Below the pieces are notes generated by a model. It worked only from the letters and a program-made list of their open reading frames with translations. It ran no database searches and was not told the DNA's origin. The position numbers were made by a program, and so were the translations under genes. 64,000 nucleotides of DNA from Octopus bimaculoides (lineage: Eukaryota). Shown in pieces: positions 50,477 to 62,727 of the stretch (its first letter is position 1; each line of letters starts with the position of its first letter). The stretch spans positions 95,320,688-95,384,687 of the forward strand of contig NC_068982.1 of NCBI RefSeq assembly GCF_001194135.2, given 5' to 3'.

Positions 50477-52110
50477 CTGGTAGATAAAACTGTACTTAGA
50501 GACAGCAAAAGGAGGGAAACATGTCATGGATCGACTATCGTAAGGCGTACGATATGATCCCACATTCTTGAATTATGGAATGTATTAGCCTATTTGGTAT
50601 TGCATCGAATGTTGAGCGATTGCTTGAAAAATGTATGGCAGAGTGGAGGATGGAACTGACAACATATGGAAGGAGTTTATGGACAATAGAAATGAGGAGA
50701 GGCATCTTCCTAGGGGACTGCCTGTCCCCGCTGATTTTTGTACTGTGCATGATACCACTAACACTGTTTCTGAGGAAAGCAAAGGCTGGGTATGTATTCA
50801 AGAACCGCTAACAAAAGGTCAACCACTTGTTATTCATGGATAACTTCATGCTTTGTGGTAAAAATGAAGCCCAAGTCAGTTCCCTCATTGATACTTTCAG
50901 CGCTGATATCAGAATGAAGTTCAGACTGAAAAAGTGCGGTGTGTTAGTCTCGAAGAGAGACAAAATCAAATGTATAGACGGGCTAACGATATCGTCGGGG
51001 GAGGTTATGGAGCAGATAGAAGAGGCGGGCTCTAAGTCCTTGGGAATATTGGAAATGGATAAATCGATGGAGAGAGAAATGACAGAGAAATTTAAGGTGG
51101 AGTACTTGAGCAGACGAAGACTGATCCTTAAGTCGAAATTTAACGGACGGAATAAGATTAAAGCTATCAATACCCTGGGCCGTTTCACTATTTAGATATG
51201 GAGCAAGGGTAATCGCATTAACAGTAGACAAACTAAACAACTTAGACATAAAGACAACGAAATTGCTGACTAGATATCGAATACTCCACCCAAAATGTGA
51301 CATAGACTGTAAGTGGGGGAAAAAGACTGATTGAATGCGAACACATCATTAGAGCAGAAAAAAAAAACATAGTATGGTATGTAAAAAATGCCACAAAACT
51401 GCTGCTATTGGAAGTAAGAAGGCCAGGCTTGTGTTGGGTGGAAGATTGCAAAGATAAAGCGTTATACAAGAAATTGAGAATGAATGAAACTGAAAATAGG
51501 TGGATAAAGAAAAGAATGCATTGACAATTTCATAGGGATGTTGAAGATAAGACAGACAGAGAAAAAAGACGGCTATGGATGACTAAAAGTGATTTAAAAC
51601 TGGAAACGGAGACCAGAATCTGTGCTGCCCAATAGCAAGCATTAAGAACGAATTACATCAAATACAGAATAGACAGCACATCAGAAAGTGATAAGTGCAG
51701 AATTTGCAGACAAAATAGTGAAACCTTATGGCATATTACCAGTCAATGTACGCCACTAGCCCAGAAAGAATATAAGAGACGTCAGGACAATATAGCAAGG
51801 ATTGTCCATTGGACACTTTGCAACAACTATGGACTTGACAGAGAAAAAAAGTGGTACGAACATAAACCCGAAGGCATCATAAAAAATGATAATGCAGAGC
51901 TCCTATGGGATTTTATAATTCAGTGCGACCATGAGAAAGAGAATAGAAAACCAGACATAGTCTTAATTCAGAAAGAAAGCAAACGATGCTGGATCGTAGA
52001 TATAGCATGCCTAGCTGACAACAAGGTATGCGATTAGGAAGAAAGAAAAGTCAACAGATATAATAGGTTAGCTTGGATGTTTAAGCAGTTGTGGTCGCTG
52101 AAAAAGGTGA
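50477..52110 (+). mobile_element. R4/Dong-like RLE LINE, 5'-truncated, RT through endonuclease, degenerate
   Basis: DKTVLRDSKRR, MRRGIFLGDCLSPLIFVLCMIPL, NHLLFMDN (FMDD relic), KSKFNGRNKIKAINT, CAAQ*QALRTNYIKYRID..DKCRIC..ETLWHITSQC, ELLWDFIIQCDH..RKPDIV..WIVDIAC. Confidence 0.95.
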
Positions 52111-52494
52111 TGGCTCTCTCCAGATACAACAAAATATGCTTCAACACACGAACTCACATAAAGAATCTTGCAAACCAAATCCCAAAACGAAATTAGTATT
52201 AAAATGTTATTAACCTTATCAAATATTATCTAAGACTCCCATTTTCATTATTCGCCTTAAATGATAGTAAAAGCAAATAACGTTGACCTGAACACCTTCA
52301 AACTGAAAAGTAATTTGTTTATGTATGTGTGCGTATATGTGCGTGCGCGCGTGCGTGAGTTTGCGTGTGTGTGCGCGTGCGTTTGTGTGAGCGTGTATGT
52401 GTAATATATAAGAACGTTGTAACATCTAGTGTACGAGGGAACTGTTGAGGGTGTGCGATGGCAGCGATCATTTCAAAAGAGATTAGGTGTTGAT

Positions 52495-52560
52495 GTGAGG
52501 AGTGAAGAAGTCAACGTTTCGGAGCAAAGGACCTGAAACGTTATATTCTTCACACCTCAC
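52495..52560. repeat. Imperfect ~28-bp inverted repeat with GAAACGTT on both strands
   Basis: GTGAGGAGTGAAGAAGTCAACGTTTCGG / CTGAAACGTTATATTCTTCACACCTCAC. Confidence 0.75.
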
Positions 52561-53532
52561 TGCAAGTGAACTCTCAGTTTCTTCCACGACCTTATCTCTA
52601 GACAAAACAAATTTATTTCACATATTTTATAGTGTCCTTTGAATAGTCCTTAACAGTCTTAATCTTATCATATTCCCAGTCAATTTTTGTGGTAATACTT
52701 GATTTTAAGTAAGTTTGAAAAATACTCCTCAGAATATATATAAATGTACATCTAACAATATCACAAGATGAAAGATTTTACTGAGCGTCTTACACTATTA
52801 TAATACGAAGCATATTTTGAATCTACACATAATGAACAAGCATCAGTTAGTGAAGTATACTTTCGTGGGAAATGCAACATCTGAATGTTGATGGTGGTTG
52901 TTTGAAAGTTAAGATATAATATAAAATACCATTTGTCAAGATGGAGATTAGTTTCCCTGATCATGACTGGCCCACCATTAGGCTTTAAGCAAATATATCA
53001 ATGAAGGCTCCTCATCATATACAATGAAAATATGTAAATCTTTTGTAAATAGCTGGAACTAGTAAGTACACAGCAAATGTCTTGAGAGTTCATTTAGATT
53101 ACAACACAAAAAAATCAGACAAAGTTCATTTGATTGATATTGAAAAGTTGCATTGAAATAGTTGAGAGCAATTTTATAGTTCTTGTACAATCTGTGAGCC
53201 ATTTGTCAATAAGACAAATTGCTATTCTACTCAGTACATAAACAGTGGAAAATAATGATAATAATAACATACTGTCATGCAGCAAGATTAAATCGTTTTC
53301 GCTTTCATTGTTGCATCTTTGCGAATGATTCCAATAAATGATACAGCATATCAACGGTTCGTTTATCAAAAAGCTAAAACATTATGAATTATTGACAAAT
53401 TAATAATAATATCGGTATACTGTATAAACATTACAATTCTTTTATTAGTTTTGCAAAAGCAGAGATGTCATGTTTGGTGATAAATCAGAAACACTAAAGT
53501 TATTTCTCATGTTTGGTATTTTCATCGATATA

Positions 53533-53952
53533 GGTGCAGGTGTGCCTATGTGTTAAGAAATTTGCTTCTCATTCACATAGTTCCGGGTTCAGTCCCCCTG
53601 CATAACACCTTGGGCTATTGTCTTCTACTATGACCTCGGGTTGGTCAAAGCCTTGTAAGTGGATTTAATAGGCGGAAACTGATAGAAGCTTGTAGTGTGT
53701 GTGTGTGTGTGTGTGTATGCGTTTGTGTATGCGCGTGTGTGCGCGCGTGTGTTTGTATCCCACCACTAGTTGACAACGGTGTTGGTGTGTTTACATCCTC
53801 TTTACTTAGCAGTTCGGCAAAAGAGGCCTATATAATCAATATCAAGCATAAAAATCAGTACTAGGATCAATTCATTCAACTAAATTTTCTTTAAGGCGGT
53901 GCCCCAGCATGGCCGCAGTACAATGGCTGAAAGAAGTAAAAGATAAATGATA
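53533..53952 (+). mobile_element. tRNA-derived SINE family B, full length with internal (TG)n
   Basis: Head with GGGTTCAGTCCC B-box, CCTTGGGCTATTGTCTTCTACTA, GCCTTGTAAGTGGATTT, TG tract, then GGCGGTGCCCCAGCATGGCCGCAG ... AGTAAAAGATAAA tail. Confidence 0.88.
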
Positions 53953-54389
53953 TGATATTTTTGGTGTTTTTGATTAAATGAAATCTTGAAATAGCAACAA
54001 ATTGTGTCTGTTGTCCCTTGATGTTCTGGGTTTCTATTAACAAATTCTTTGTTAGTTTGATGAAGAGTTCAAGCGTTTTCTTTCTGGAATGTTGGAAAGT
54101 AAAAATATATGAAGAATATGATAATTCGATTCCAAAACATTCTGATTAACTGAGGTTTGAATTCCAAGGTTCGCCAAACTCGGCCAAACTTTTAAGGTTT
54201 ACTCTTCCATTTAACTTCACTTCTTAATCCACGGAGCCGAGCCGTATGAAAGACATTAGAATTTAGATATATAAGAGAGGATGGGCTAACGTTCTCTCCG
54301 TTCTCTGAAATCGGAATTTAGCTGTGCAAGGCTACAGAACACTTGTTTATTATAGAATGCTATCGTATCGTATCATTAAATTCACACCT

Positions 54390-55330
54390 GAAATCGTTCT
54401 CCCTTTACCGTAGTAGTCTTACTCACAGAACCACTGTCTAAAAGGAATAGTGTAAATAAAGGCACCATAAAGTTGGTAAAGTTCATTTTAGCAATGATCC
54501 AAAAGTGTCGACTGCAATTTGTGAGGCAGGAATACTTAAAGGATGTGAGCTGTAATAAGATAGACAGCTTTGACAGCTTGAGCAATAATTTTGCAGAAGT
54601 TGTAGTTCTAGTGGGGCTTAGAGGTAAAGGTTGTTGTTTAGTATGTGGGTGTTTGGAGAGTCAAGAGTAGGCAGTAGTTGAGATCCGGTATATGCAGGGA
54701 CAATTATTGCCTCGTATAATTTGGATTTTTGTAGTGATAAAATGTTCAAGGGAGTTTCAAGTGTCTATGTGCCGATCAGGAAGATGTACAGAGAGATGAA
54801 ACTAATAGATATAGAGTACTGAGGATTGTTAAACATATGGATTCTGCACCGGCAATAAGTGTGAGGGGAAAGAAGAGATCTGAACAATGAAGTTTCTGTT
54901 ACGAATGAAGTGAGAAGATAGAAATCACCAGTGCAGGTAGAGATATCATTGTTCTTGGGGTGTTAGATGCATTTGGAGGTTTGGGAGGGGAAGACATTGA
55001 GCCTAAGCCACTACAATTTTTTGTTGCTGGTATTCCGGTAAGAGGAGTGAGTTTCGAAGTGAATGGTATCTAGATAAGCGCAGACAATATTTCGGAGGAT
55101 ACTATGAGTAATGACAGCAGCCTGGATAGTAGAGATTGTCCATAGAGATGGGTTGAGAGACTTTCAGTTTGAAGAGATATAGGATTTGTAGCTTGGTTGT
55201 TAGAAAGAGAAAGTGTGGGGGATATAGTTCAATCGGAGGCAAGGGATATTAGAGGTGAAAAGGGATCGTCTAATGGATTTAGTTTTTAATTTTGACAAGT
55301 TATCAAGTAGGGAAGTGTAGAGGGTGTCAG
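54390..55330 (-). mobile_element. CR1-group LINE fragment (APE endonuclease and linker), old
   Basis: CTGDFY (cf. ILGDFN), LPDRHIDT (cf. IPDRLGDT), SRHFWIIAKMNFTNF...LDSG...KGERFQ (cf. SRDFWHLAKNISNNF...DG...KAELF). Confidence 0.55.
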
Positions 55331-56044
55331 TAAGTTGTTTAGAAATCCGTGCCGGCTGCCTAGTTCGAATAACTCCTACCTCCAGTAATATAGCTAATGC
55401 CTCATACTTAAGGCAACAATTAACCATATATTGGTGTCTAAATGATGCTTTTAATGCTCTACTCTACAAAAGAAATGTCTTATCAGATCTTGTCTTTTAT
55501 ATTACCTTTATTCATAAAATCAATTATCATCCATTCCAATAAGTGAATCTGCAGTGCAGAGCTGGGTTTGCAGTTATTTAAAAACACAACATATTTATGA
55601 CGATACTGGCGCTTTGACATAATGATATACTCATTGCAATACATCTCAGATCTATAATTCTTTTAGGTCTCTATATGTAAAGATATTTTATCAATGATTA
55701 AGTCAAACGCAGTTGACATTTCTTAATTTGTTTTCAATTTACATGAATACGTCTACTTTTATTTGCTATAGTCTGGCTACAATCTGCCCTACAGTTATAC
55801 ATAAATGCTTTCCTTAAAGCCTTCTATTACTTTTGTTTCTATCTCATACTCCAAAAACGTAAAGTTGCGAGAGTTTAATGTAATATTTTGTTCACGATGC
55901 CATCCAATAACTTTCTATATATTCATGATACCTCTAAAACATTATAACTCTATTATTGTTCGGTTTATAGAAATTTTAAGGACAGGGTTTTGATCATTCA
56001 AATGGTTCATTGTCTCATTTATGAAAGCTATTATTTCAGAATGG

Positions 56045-56896
56045 CATATCGTATCAAAAAGTTCCCGGACTAGGTGTGTTTAATAAAAAAAAAATAACTT
56101 ACTTTCCTAGGCTTTAACGTCATCTGCTTCGAAATAGTCATCTTGTTCAGCAATACATCGGCCCCAGCATTCCTGTCACTGTTGGAATCCGCCTTGGAAG
56201 TCGTTTTCCGTAAGTGAGCTGAGGACCTTCAGCGATTCGCTCTTGATCTAGACAACGGTGTTAAAACGGCGACCTTTGAACTGCATTTTCATCTTGGAGA
56301 AGAGATGGAAGTTGGCAGGTGCTAAATTTTAAAAAAATACGGCAGGCGCGAAAGCGCCACCGTGTGGGAAGATATCTGTGACACTGTCGTCATCAAGAAT
56401 CCAATTCTTCGCGCTCCATAGTTCCGGTCATTTACACCGAATGTCCTTCCTCAAACCCTTCCGATGATCCTCATGCACAAGCTGATGAATTGTCTCCTCA
56501 TTTTCAAGGATGACGCTCGTAGCAGGTCTTCCACATCACTCAATGTCTTCCAGGGAAGTTCTTCCGCTTTTGAAGCACCCATGCCACTTGAAACATTGCG
56601 TACGACCAATTGCCTCCTCGCCGTAAGCTTGCCAAAGCATGTTCAATATCTCTAAAGCAGACTTCCCAAGTTTAACGCAAAATTTCTCGTTGGTTCTTTG
56701 TTCCAAATCGCCGACTGCAGCATACACGTGATCACAAAAACACAAAATTCAGAACTTCCGGAGTAAACACGGTGATATCACTCGGCACACTGCCTCCTGA
56801 AGGTCACTGCTAATTCTCATTGTGGATGTAACCGTGTGCAGCCATCTGTTGGCGAGCTACAGAATTAGTCCAGAGACTTTTTGATACCACCTGGTA
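56045..56896 (-). mobile_element. Internally deleted mariner transposon with both TIRs
   Basis: TIRs GTATCAAAAAGTTCCCGGACT / AGTCCAGAGACTTTTTGATAC. N-terminal HTH EQRTNEKFCVKLGKSA..LWQAYGEEA..FKWH..FKSGRTSLED fused after VHEDHR to LREDIRCK*PELW, then LAPANFHLFSKMK..KGRRF. Confidence 0.92.
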
Positions 56897-57379
56897 TGTC
56901 ATAATAAAAATGGATTTTTCTTGATGTGATGGCTGGAACATGGTCTATACGGATTACTATTTTGGAGGGTGTCTTCTTTCAAATTTAGTGTTATTATATT
57001 TTTCAAAAAATGCTATAAGTGGTACAGTTCAGTCAAAACAAAATACTGAAGAGAACAATTAGAATCAGAAAATACTAAGGACATAAATATTAGTAAATCC
57101 TTCATCCCTTCTCCAACGAAAGATTCTTCATGACTCCCCCTCCCCCCATATGGCAATATAATCTATATAAACTGATTCACATTGCAAAGTTTTACAATGA
57201 AAATGATTCTACATCATAAACGATATTTCATTAGAAAAGTATCGAAATTATTTCAAGTTCAATCTTCTTTAAAAGATTCGCCTTTAGTTTTATAAACCGA
57301 CATAACAAATAACAGTATAATAGAGAAATTTAATTATACAAAGATCATCAATAAGGACAGTCGTTCTTGATATTGTTTA

Positions 57380-57590
57380 GGTTTAATCTTTGGTTACAGT
57401 TGATGGAGCAGATCTACGCTAATTAGTGTTGTTGGCAACCTTCGGTACAACTATTTCTTTTTTCCCTGACACGGTGTATCTTAAGCTCTATATAATGTGT
57501 CATTCTTAACTTACGCTGTGATTTTAGAGAGATTTTGGCTGCTAATTCTAGCTTGTCGAACGATCGTGCAGAAGTTCCTTCGTTGTTCTC
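57380..57590 (-). mobile_element. SINE-like family C, degenerate
   Basis: GAGCAGATCTA ... GAGAGATTTTGGCTGCTAATTCTAGC ... GAAGTTCCT, reverse of the 19487-19715 type. Confidence 0.5.
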
Positions 57591-59209
57591 ATCAATATTA
57601 CGGTATTTCAGCTTAAAGTACTCTCTTCTGAAATGCCTTACCAGTAAATAGACAGGTTATCTGATACAGAGAGACAGAGAAATAGAGAGGGAATTAGATA
57701 AAGAGATTTGACTAACGACTGTAATACGACGCAAAATCATGACCGAGTTTGCCTTATCTGTCTTTCAGAACACCTTGTAGAGATAACTACAATACAGGAA
57801 ATTGCATATAAAGAGGTAATTGAATTTTAAGAAAACAATAACGAGTTTAAGAAATTAATTTTAAATGTAAAAAGAAAGTGATATAAAAATAAACACGATG
57901 TAAAGAAGATAAAAAAAAATACACACGATTATATACACACATACACACACACACATACACACACACACACACACACATAAGATTGATTAGAAAACGATTA
58001 ACAAGCCATTATTAAATGTATGTCTTCTAGCTTTCATTTAATGAGCTGGTTACTTGCGATAATTGTTAAATAACATAATGGTTAAGATGTCTTATAATTT
58101 GACGGTTTTGTCATGTTTTACTGTTTTGCATTCACAACATTTAAACATTTTATAACGAGTCGCTTCTCGAATTCATTTAGGTGATTCTTATTTTCAGAGT
58201 GATGCTCAAAACGCAACATGCTATGGAAGACCTAGCTGTTGCCCTACTTATTCCATTTTCTGTTGTTCAGTCCAAGATTAGTTTCGTATTAAGTGCGTTC
58301 CACTAGTTACAATTTTCTCTTTGCTTATATCAGTGACTAAATTGTCCTGTGTTTTTTCCGTTATCTATAAGACGGCATGGCGCGATTGGAGGGCTGAAAT
58401 TTTTATTGGGTTAACTGACAAGATAGACGCACACTAATTGGCTCGTTCAATATCGGTGAGGAAAATGTATTTGGCAAGATTGAATCAGTTAAAAAGGACA
58501 TGGGGAAATTCGAAAGCTTATTAATGCATTCCCTTTGTCTCTAATAGTTGAGTGGTGAGTAATTGAATTCCTATAACCAATATTGATTGAGTATGACGGG
58601 TTTGTGGTTCACCATTGTTTTCTGGATCCTTGTACTTTCAAACCTCTTTCTAATAGGAGTGGCCATTTCGCTTATGTTTCTCAAGATTTTACAGTACACA
58701 CTTGTGCTCAGTCTCTCAGTTTTAAATAATAATTATCAGGTAAAACATAACAAACGTTACACTTTTAGAAAAATAGAATATCAACCCAGAATTTTGCTCT
58801 TGAAACATTTAAAGTTCTAACTTAGCTGCAGTGTTGTGTCTCATTAATTCACGTGTGTTCAATTCATAATCAATAAAACTCGCGCATGGGCGCGGGCGCG
58901 CACACGCACACACACACATTGAATGTGCATGGAATTTATAGCATTCATAAGTTTTAACAAATATAAATTGATGCCTCTGAAATCTCATACGTTTACGAGA
59001 TTGTCGAGACATCATGTACAGACTTTTATGACAATTTATAGCTCTATGCAATAAAATACTTTTACTAATGACATTGTAAGATATATAAAATTTGCTTACA
59101 TTAGAGTGAATTAATGATTATCTATACAGCTAGTAAATATGTAATTAGTCTTGGTTAACACATTGTCGATGAATAGCAGCACAGGCTAATAATCTTAATG
59201 CGTAAAAGA

Positions 59210-59300
59210 GAAGAAGAAGAAGAAGAAGAAGAAGAAGAAGAAGAAGAAGAAGAAGAAGAAGAAGAAGAAGAAGAAGAAGAAGAAGAAGAAGAAGAAGAAG
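59210..59300. repeat. (GAA)n microsatellite
   Basis: Read directly. Confidence 0.97.
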
Positions 59301-59319
59301 GGTCACATAATAATAATAA

Positions 59320-59704
59320 GAAAAGGTCACAAAAAACGAGAAAGCAAGCATACTATGGGATATGCCAATACACAGAGAAATTAAGGCCAATAAGCCAGAT
59401 ATGGTTGTCAGAGATCATGAAGAAACAAATGTTTTCTAATTGATGTATCAATACTAGCAGGTGACAACGTTTCTCTAAAAGAAATGGAGAAACTTTCAAA
59501 ATACAAAGACCTGGAAATAGAGTTAACTCGAATGCGGAATCTACAAACAGAAACAATTCCTATCATAGTGGGCGAATTAGGTATGATAAAAAATATTCAG
59601 ACAAATACATGACAAAAACCCACAGCACATGCCCAAGGCACAAAGAGCTACGCTCGGTAGTGAAGTGAAAGCACGCTATAAAAATAAACTATTAAATAAT
59701 AATA

Positions 59705-59770
<66 letters not shown>
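59320..59770 (+). mobile_element. R4/Dong-like RLE LINE 3' end with (TAA)n tail
   Basis: EKVTKNEKASILWDMPIH..EIKANKPDMVVRD..FLIDVSI..DNVSLKEMEKLSKYKDLEIEL..ETIPIIVGELG. (TAA)n 59694-59770. Confidence 0.9.
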
Positions 59771-59773
<3 letters not shown>

Positions 59774-59774
59774 C

Positions 59775-60050
59775 GGGTAGACAGAACTCGTTAGCCTCGG
59801 TTGCCAGTCTGTCTAGGAGAAGGAATACTCTGATTTAAAAACTGGGGTAGATAGGACGCCTTAGTCACAGTGGTGGCAACCTGTACCATGACAGTCAAGC
59901 CCGGCTTTTTCGCAAAACCAACAGAAGTGTAGGAAATGGCGTATTTCTGGCGCCTCCAAATAACCAGTGCTCCGAGTAGGCTGTACCTCTTAGCCTTGGG
60001 TGGCAAGCAGCCTAGGAGAATTAAAAGAAGAGTGCTATTGTTATCTAGTG
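59775..60050 (+). mobile_element. Possible RTE-like LINE 5' UTR fragment
   Basis: Two copies of a ..GCCAGTCT(GTCT)AGGAGAAGG / GCAGCCTAGGAGAA motif resembling RTE 5' UTRs (from memory). No ORF follows. Confidence 0.35.
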
Positions 60051-60054
60051 AACA

Positions 60055-60250
60055 TTTTGACTCTATATCTTCAGGAGGAGTTACCTCAATCATTTATATA
60101 TTAACCAAGATGAAGTAGATTGACGAATTTATTTTTTGAACCAGTTGACGACACACAAGATGTCGAAATATCGTTCACTAGATAACATTGGCACTCTTCT
60201 TTAAATTTTGACTCTATATCTTCAGGAGGAGTTACCCCAATGCTTTATAT
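60055..60250 (+). repeat. Direct repeat, period 151 bp, enclosing a hammerhead-like relic
   Basis: TTTTGACTCTATATCTTCAGGAGGAGTTACC at 60055 and 60206. Confidence 0.8.
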
Positions 60251-60255
60251 ATTAT

Positions 60256-60523
60256 NNNNNNNNNNNNNNNNNNNNNNNNNNNNNNNNNNNNNNNNNNNNN
60301 NNNNNNNNNNNNNNNNNNNNNNNNNNNNNNNNNNNNNNNNNNNNNNNNNNNNNNNNNNNNNNNNNNNNNNNNNNNNNNNNNNNNNNNNNNNNNNNNNNNN
60401 NNNNNNNNNNNNNNNNNNNNNNNNNNNNNNNNNNNNNNNNNNNNNNNNNNNNNNNNNNNNNNNNNNNNNNNNNNNNNNNNNNNNNNNNNNNNNNNNNNNN
60501 NNNNNNNNNNNNNNNNNNNNNNN
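60256..60523. other. Assembly gap
   Basis: Run of N. Confidence 1.
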
Positions 60524-60524
60524 T

Positions 60525-60635
60525 AAAAAGCAAAGTTGACCTCGACTTATTTTGCACTCAGAACGTAAAAGTGGACAAAATGCTGCTAAGCATTTTGCGT
60601 AGTGTACTAGAGATTCTACTAGATCGCTACCTTCA
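60525..60635 (-). mobile_element. SINE family A 5' half, followed by (TAA)n 60637-60713
   Basis: GCAAAGTTGACCTCGAC ... CTCAGAACGTAAA ... GCTAAGCATTT. Confidence 0.7.
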
Positions 60636-60699
<64 letters not shown>

Positions 60700-60769
60700 T
60701 ATAATTATAATAACTCATGGCAAATCGGTCGCCGGGCAAATTATTTAATTATTTTATAACACAGAACAC

Positions 60770-60942
60770 GTATTACTTACGACGCCTTTATCTAGCGGTT
60801 CAGCAAAAAGAAATCCATAGAATCAGCACCTAGCTTTAAAGTAATAAATACTGGGATCAATTTGTTTGACCAACTCCTTCAAAGCGGTACTCCAGCATGA
60901 CAAGAGCGCAATTGCTGAAACTAGTAAAAGATGAAAGATAAT
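60770..60942 (+). mobile_element. SINE family B 3' half
   Basis: AGCGGTTCAGCAAAAAG ... AAATACTGGGATCAATTTG ... GCGGTACTCCAGCATG ... AGTAAAAGATGAAAGATA. Confidence 0.7.
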
Positions 60943-62702
60943 ATCTGAGAAATAACTCATGACTTTTGTACTCTCTCATTTGCTGGGGATCTTTTATACG
61001 TTGTCGTTCCTTGTATTATATTTAATATAGCTTCAAAAAGAAACGATGGTTTCTCTCTTCAATAAACTTCCATTTTTCTTTTAGTTTTCTGATCTATTGA
61101 AACCCGTAACATCAGGAATAAAAATTTCTCAAAAACCTGTCGCTTTCCCTGCTGAAATCTCAAGGAGATGAAGAAGGTCATAAACCAGCACCTTCTTTCT
61201 CATCTTGAATATCTTTACTTCTTAGACAATACAACTGCAGGCAGCATGAGTAGGATCTATTGTAGTCTCGTCCCAATGATCTCTTTCATTGAGAAATTTA
61301 GTGAAAATAGTTTTGATAACTAATCATCTAGGTTCAATCGTATCAATAGTAGAGCCCCTAACCTAAGTTGCCTGTGCCTGTGAGCTTTACTCTTCGGCTT
61401 TTGCTTCCGAAGTTTCCTTTTACACATTATAAAGTAAAAATAAATCGAGAGAAAGTTAATTTTAAGACTTAATTCATTGCAATTTCTGCTATTTTCTAAT
61501 GAGCGAAATATCGGAGAGAGTAAGTTTATAAACAGTTTATAGCAGAAGCAGACACCAAAGAGATTCATTTGAAAATTTACTTGCATTGTTATTTAGTGTA
61601 ACTAAATTTGCGATATTGTTTGAATAAGTTAGGGTAATTTCCGCGATGTTTCCCTTTGGTATAAGCACGATGGTAATAGGAATCTCATTAGTTCCTTGGA
61701 ATGTAGTTGTACACAATGCAAAAGCAAACAAAGAAAACTTAAAGATGTGCAAAGCCTCAGAAGCTATCGGTACCAATAGAATCATTTAAAATATTGTCCA
61801 TGTCCCATACCATAATTCAACATTTAATGAATCAATTAAAAGTAAGAATAACCCAAAAGGCAGGTCAGTTTAACGCAGGCGTTATAACAGAATTGTTAAA
61901 CAATAGTTTATAGAGCATTTCTAGCAGTAACAGCTGCAGCAGCAGTCTCATAGAGTTAAACGGTTTTATTACCATTATAATAACATGAAATGCAATTATA
62001 ATAGCAACGTCATTAGAGCGTATACTGGAGGTTCATCTCGCTATCAACATCAAGAGTATCCTAGCTTTGTTTATGTTTCTCAAATGTGTATACATTAATG
62101 GACTTTTCACTTACTATTCAACACACAATGCTATACCGATGAGATCCCCCTATATCCCTTCATAACACTTCCTAACAATCATCATTTACAAACAGACATA
62201 ATTCCTTGTGTGAAACATGTACTCCATTTTGAACATATGTATTGAAAATAAAGTTAACTGGAAACATATCAATTCCGCTCTACTTTAATAATGGCGTAAA
62301 TTGCGATATCAAGAAAACGGTCTGACGGTTTTCAGCACATAAACATCCAACCACTAACGCCTTCAAACACGCTACAAATACCATTTTTCATATTTTATGT
62401 CTTAGTTACTGCACAAATATAAAATTAGCAAAACTATATCCCAAAGAATATGCTTTTCTTGGTGATTAGTATATAATTCAGTTCTGATTTGTTTCTGACC
62501 TTCTACGATACATAAGTGTGGCATCTTCATTGCTACTCAATTATCTGAACTGGTGTTGTTTCTCGGCTTTATCAAAATAGATATATGAAATTAAGAAGTT
62601 ATTATGTTGTGTTTTCGGGGCGGTCATTACGCCAATAATAAAAAACACAGGCACTGATTATTTTTTTAAAAGTAGGTACGTCACTTTTTTTTTTAAATAG
62701 GT

Positions 62703-62727
62703 AGGTCATTGGGTCATGCAAGGGTCA
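62703..62727 (+). promoter_or_regulatory. Compound nuclear-receptor direct-repeat motif (DR2 + DR5)
   Basis: AGGTCA-tt-GGGTCA-tgcaa-GGGTCA. The motif is seen directly; function is unproven. Confidence 0.35.

Noticed and set aside
58587-58820. Hydrophobic 77-aa ORF as a membrane protein
   Set aside because: T-rich composition explains the hydrophobicity; the start is non-ATG and there is no splice or homology support.
59775-59850. HDV-like ribozyme in the RTE-like 5' UTR
   Set aside because: AGACAGA/TCTGTCT could form P1, but I could not place P2, P3, P1.1 or the catalytic J4/2.
61000-61900. Toll-like receptor TIR or glutamate receptor assignment
   Set aside because: Only superficial 4-6 residue resemblances in inconsistent frames.
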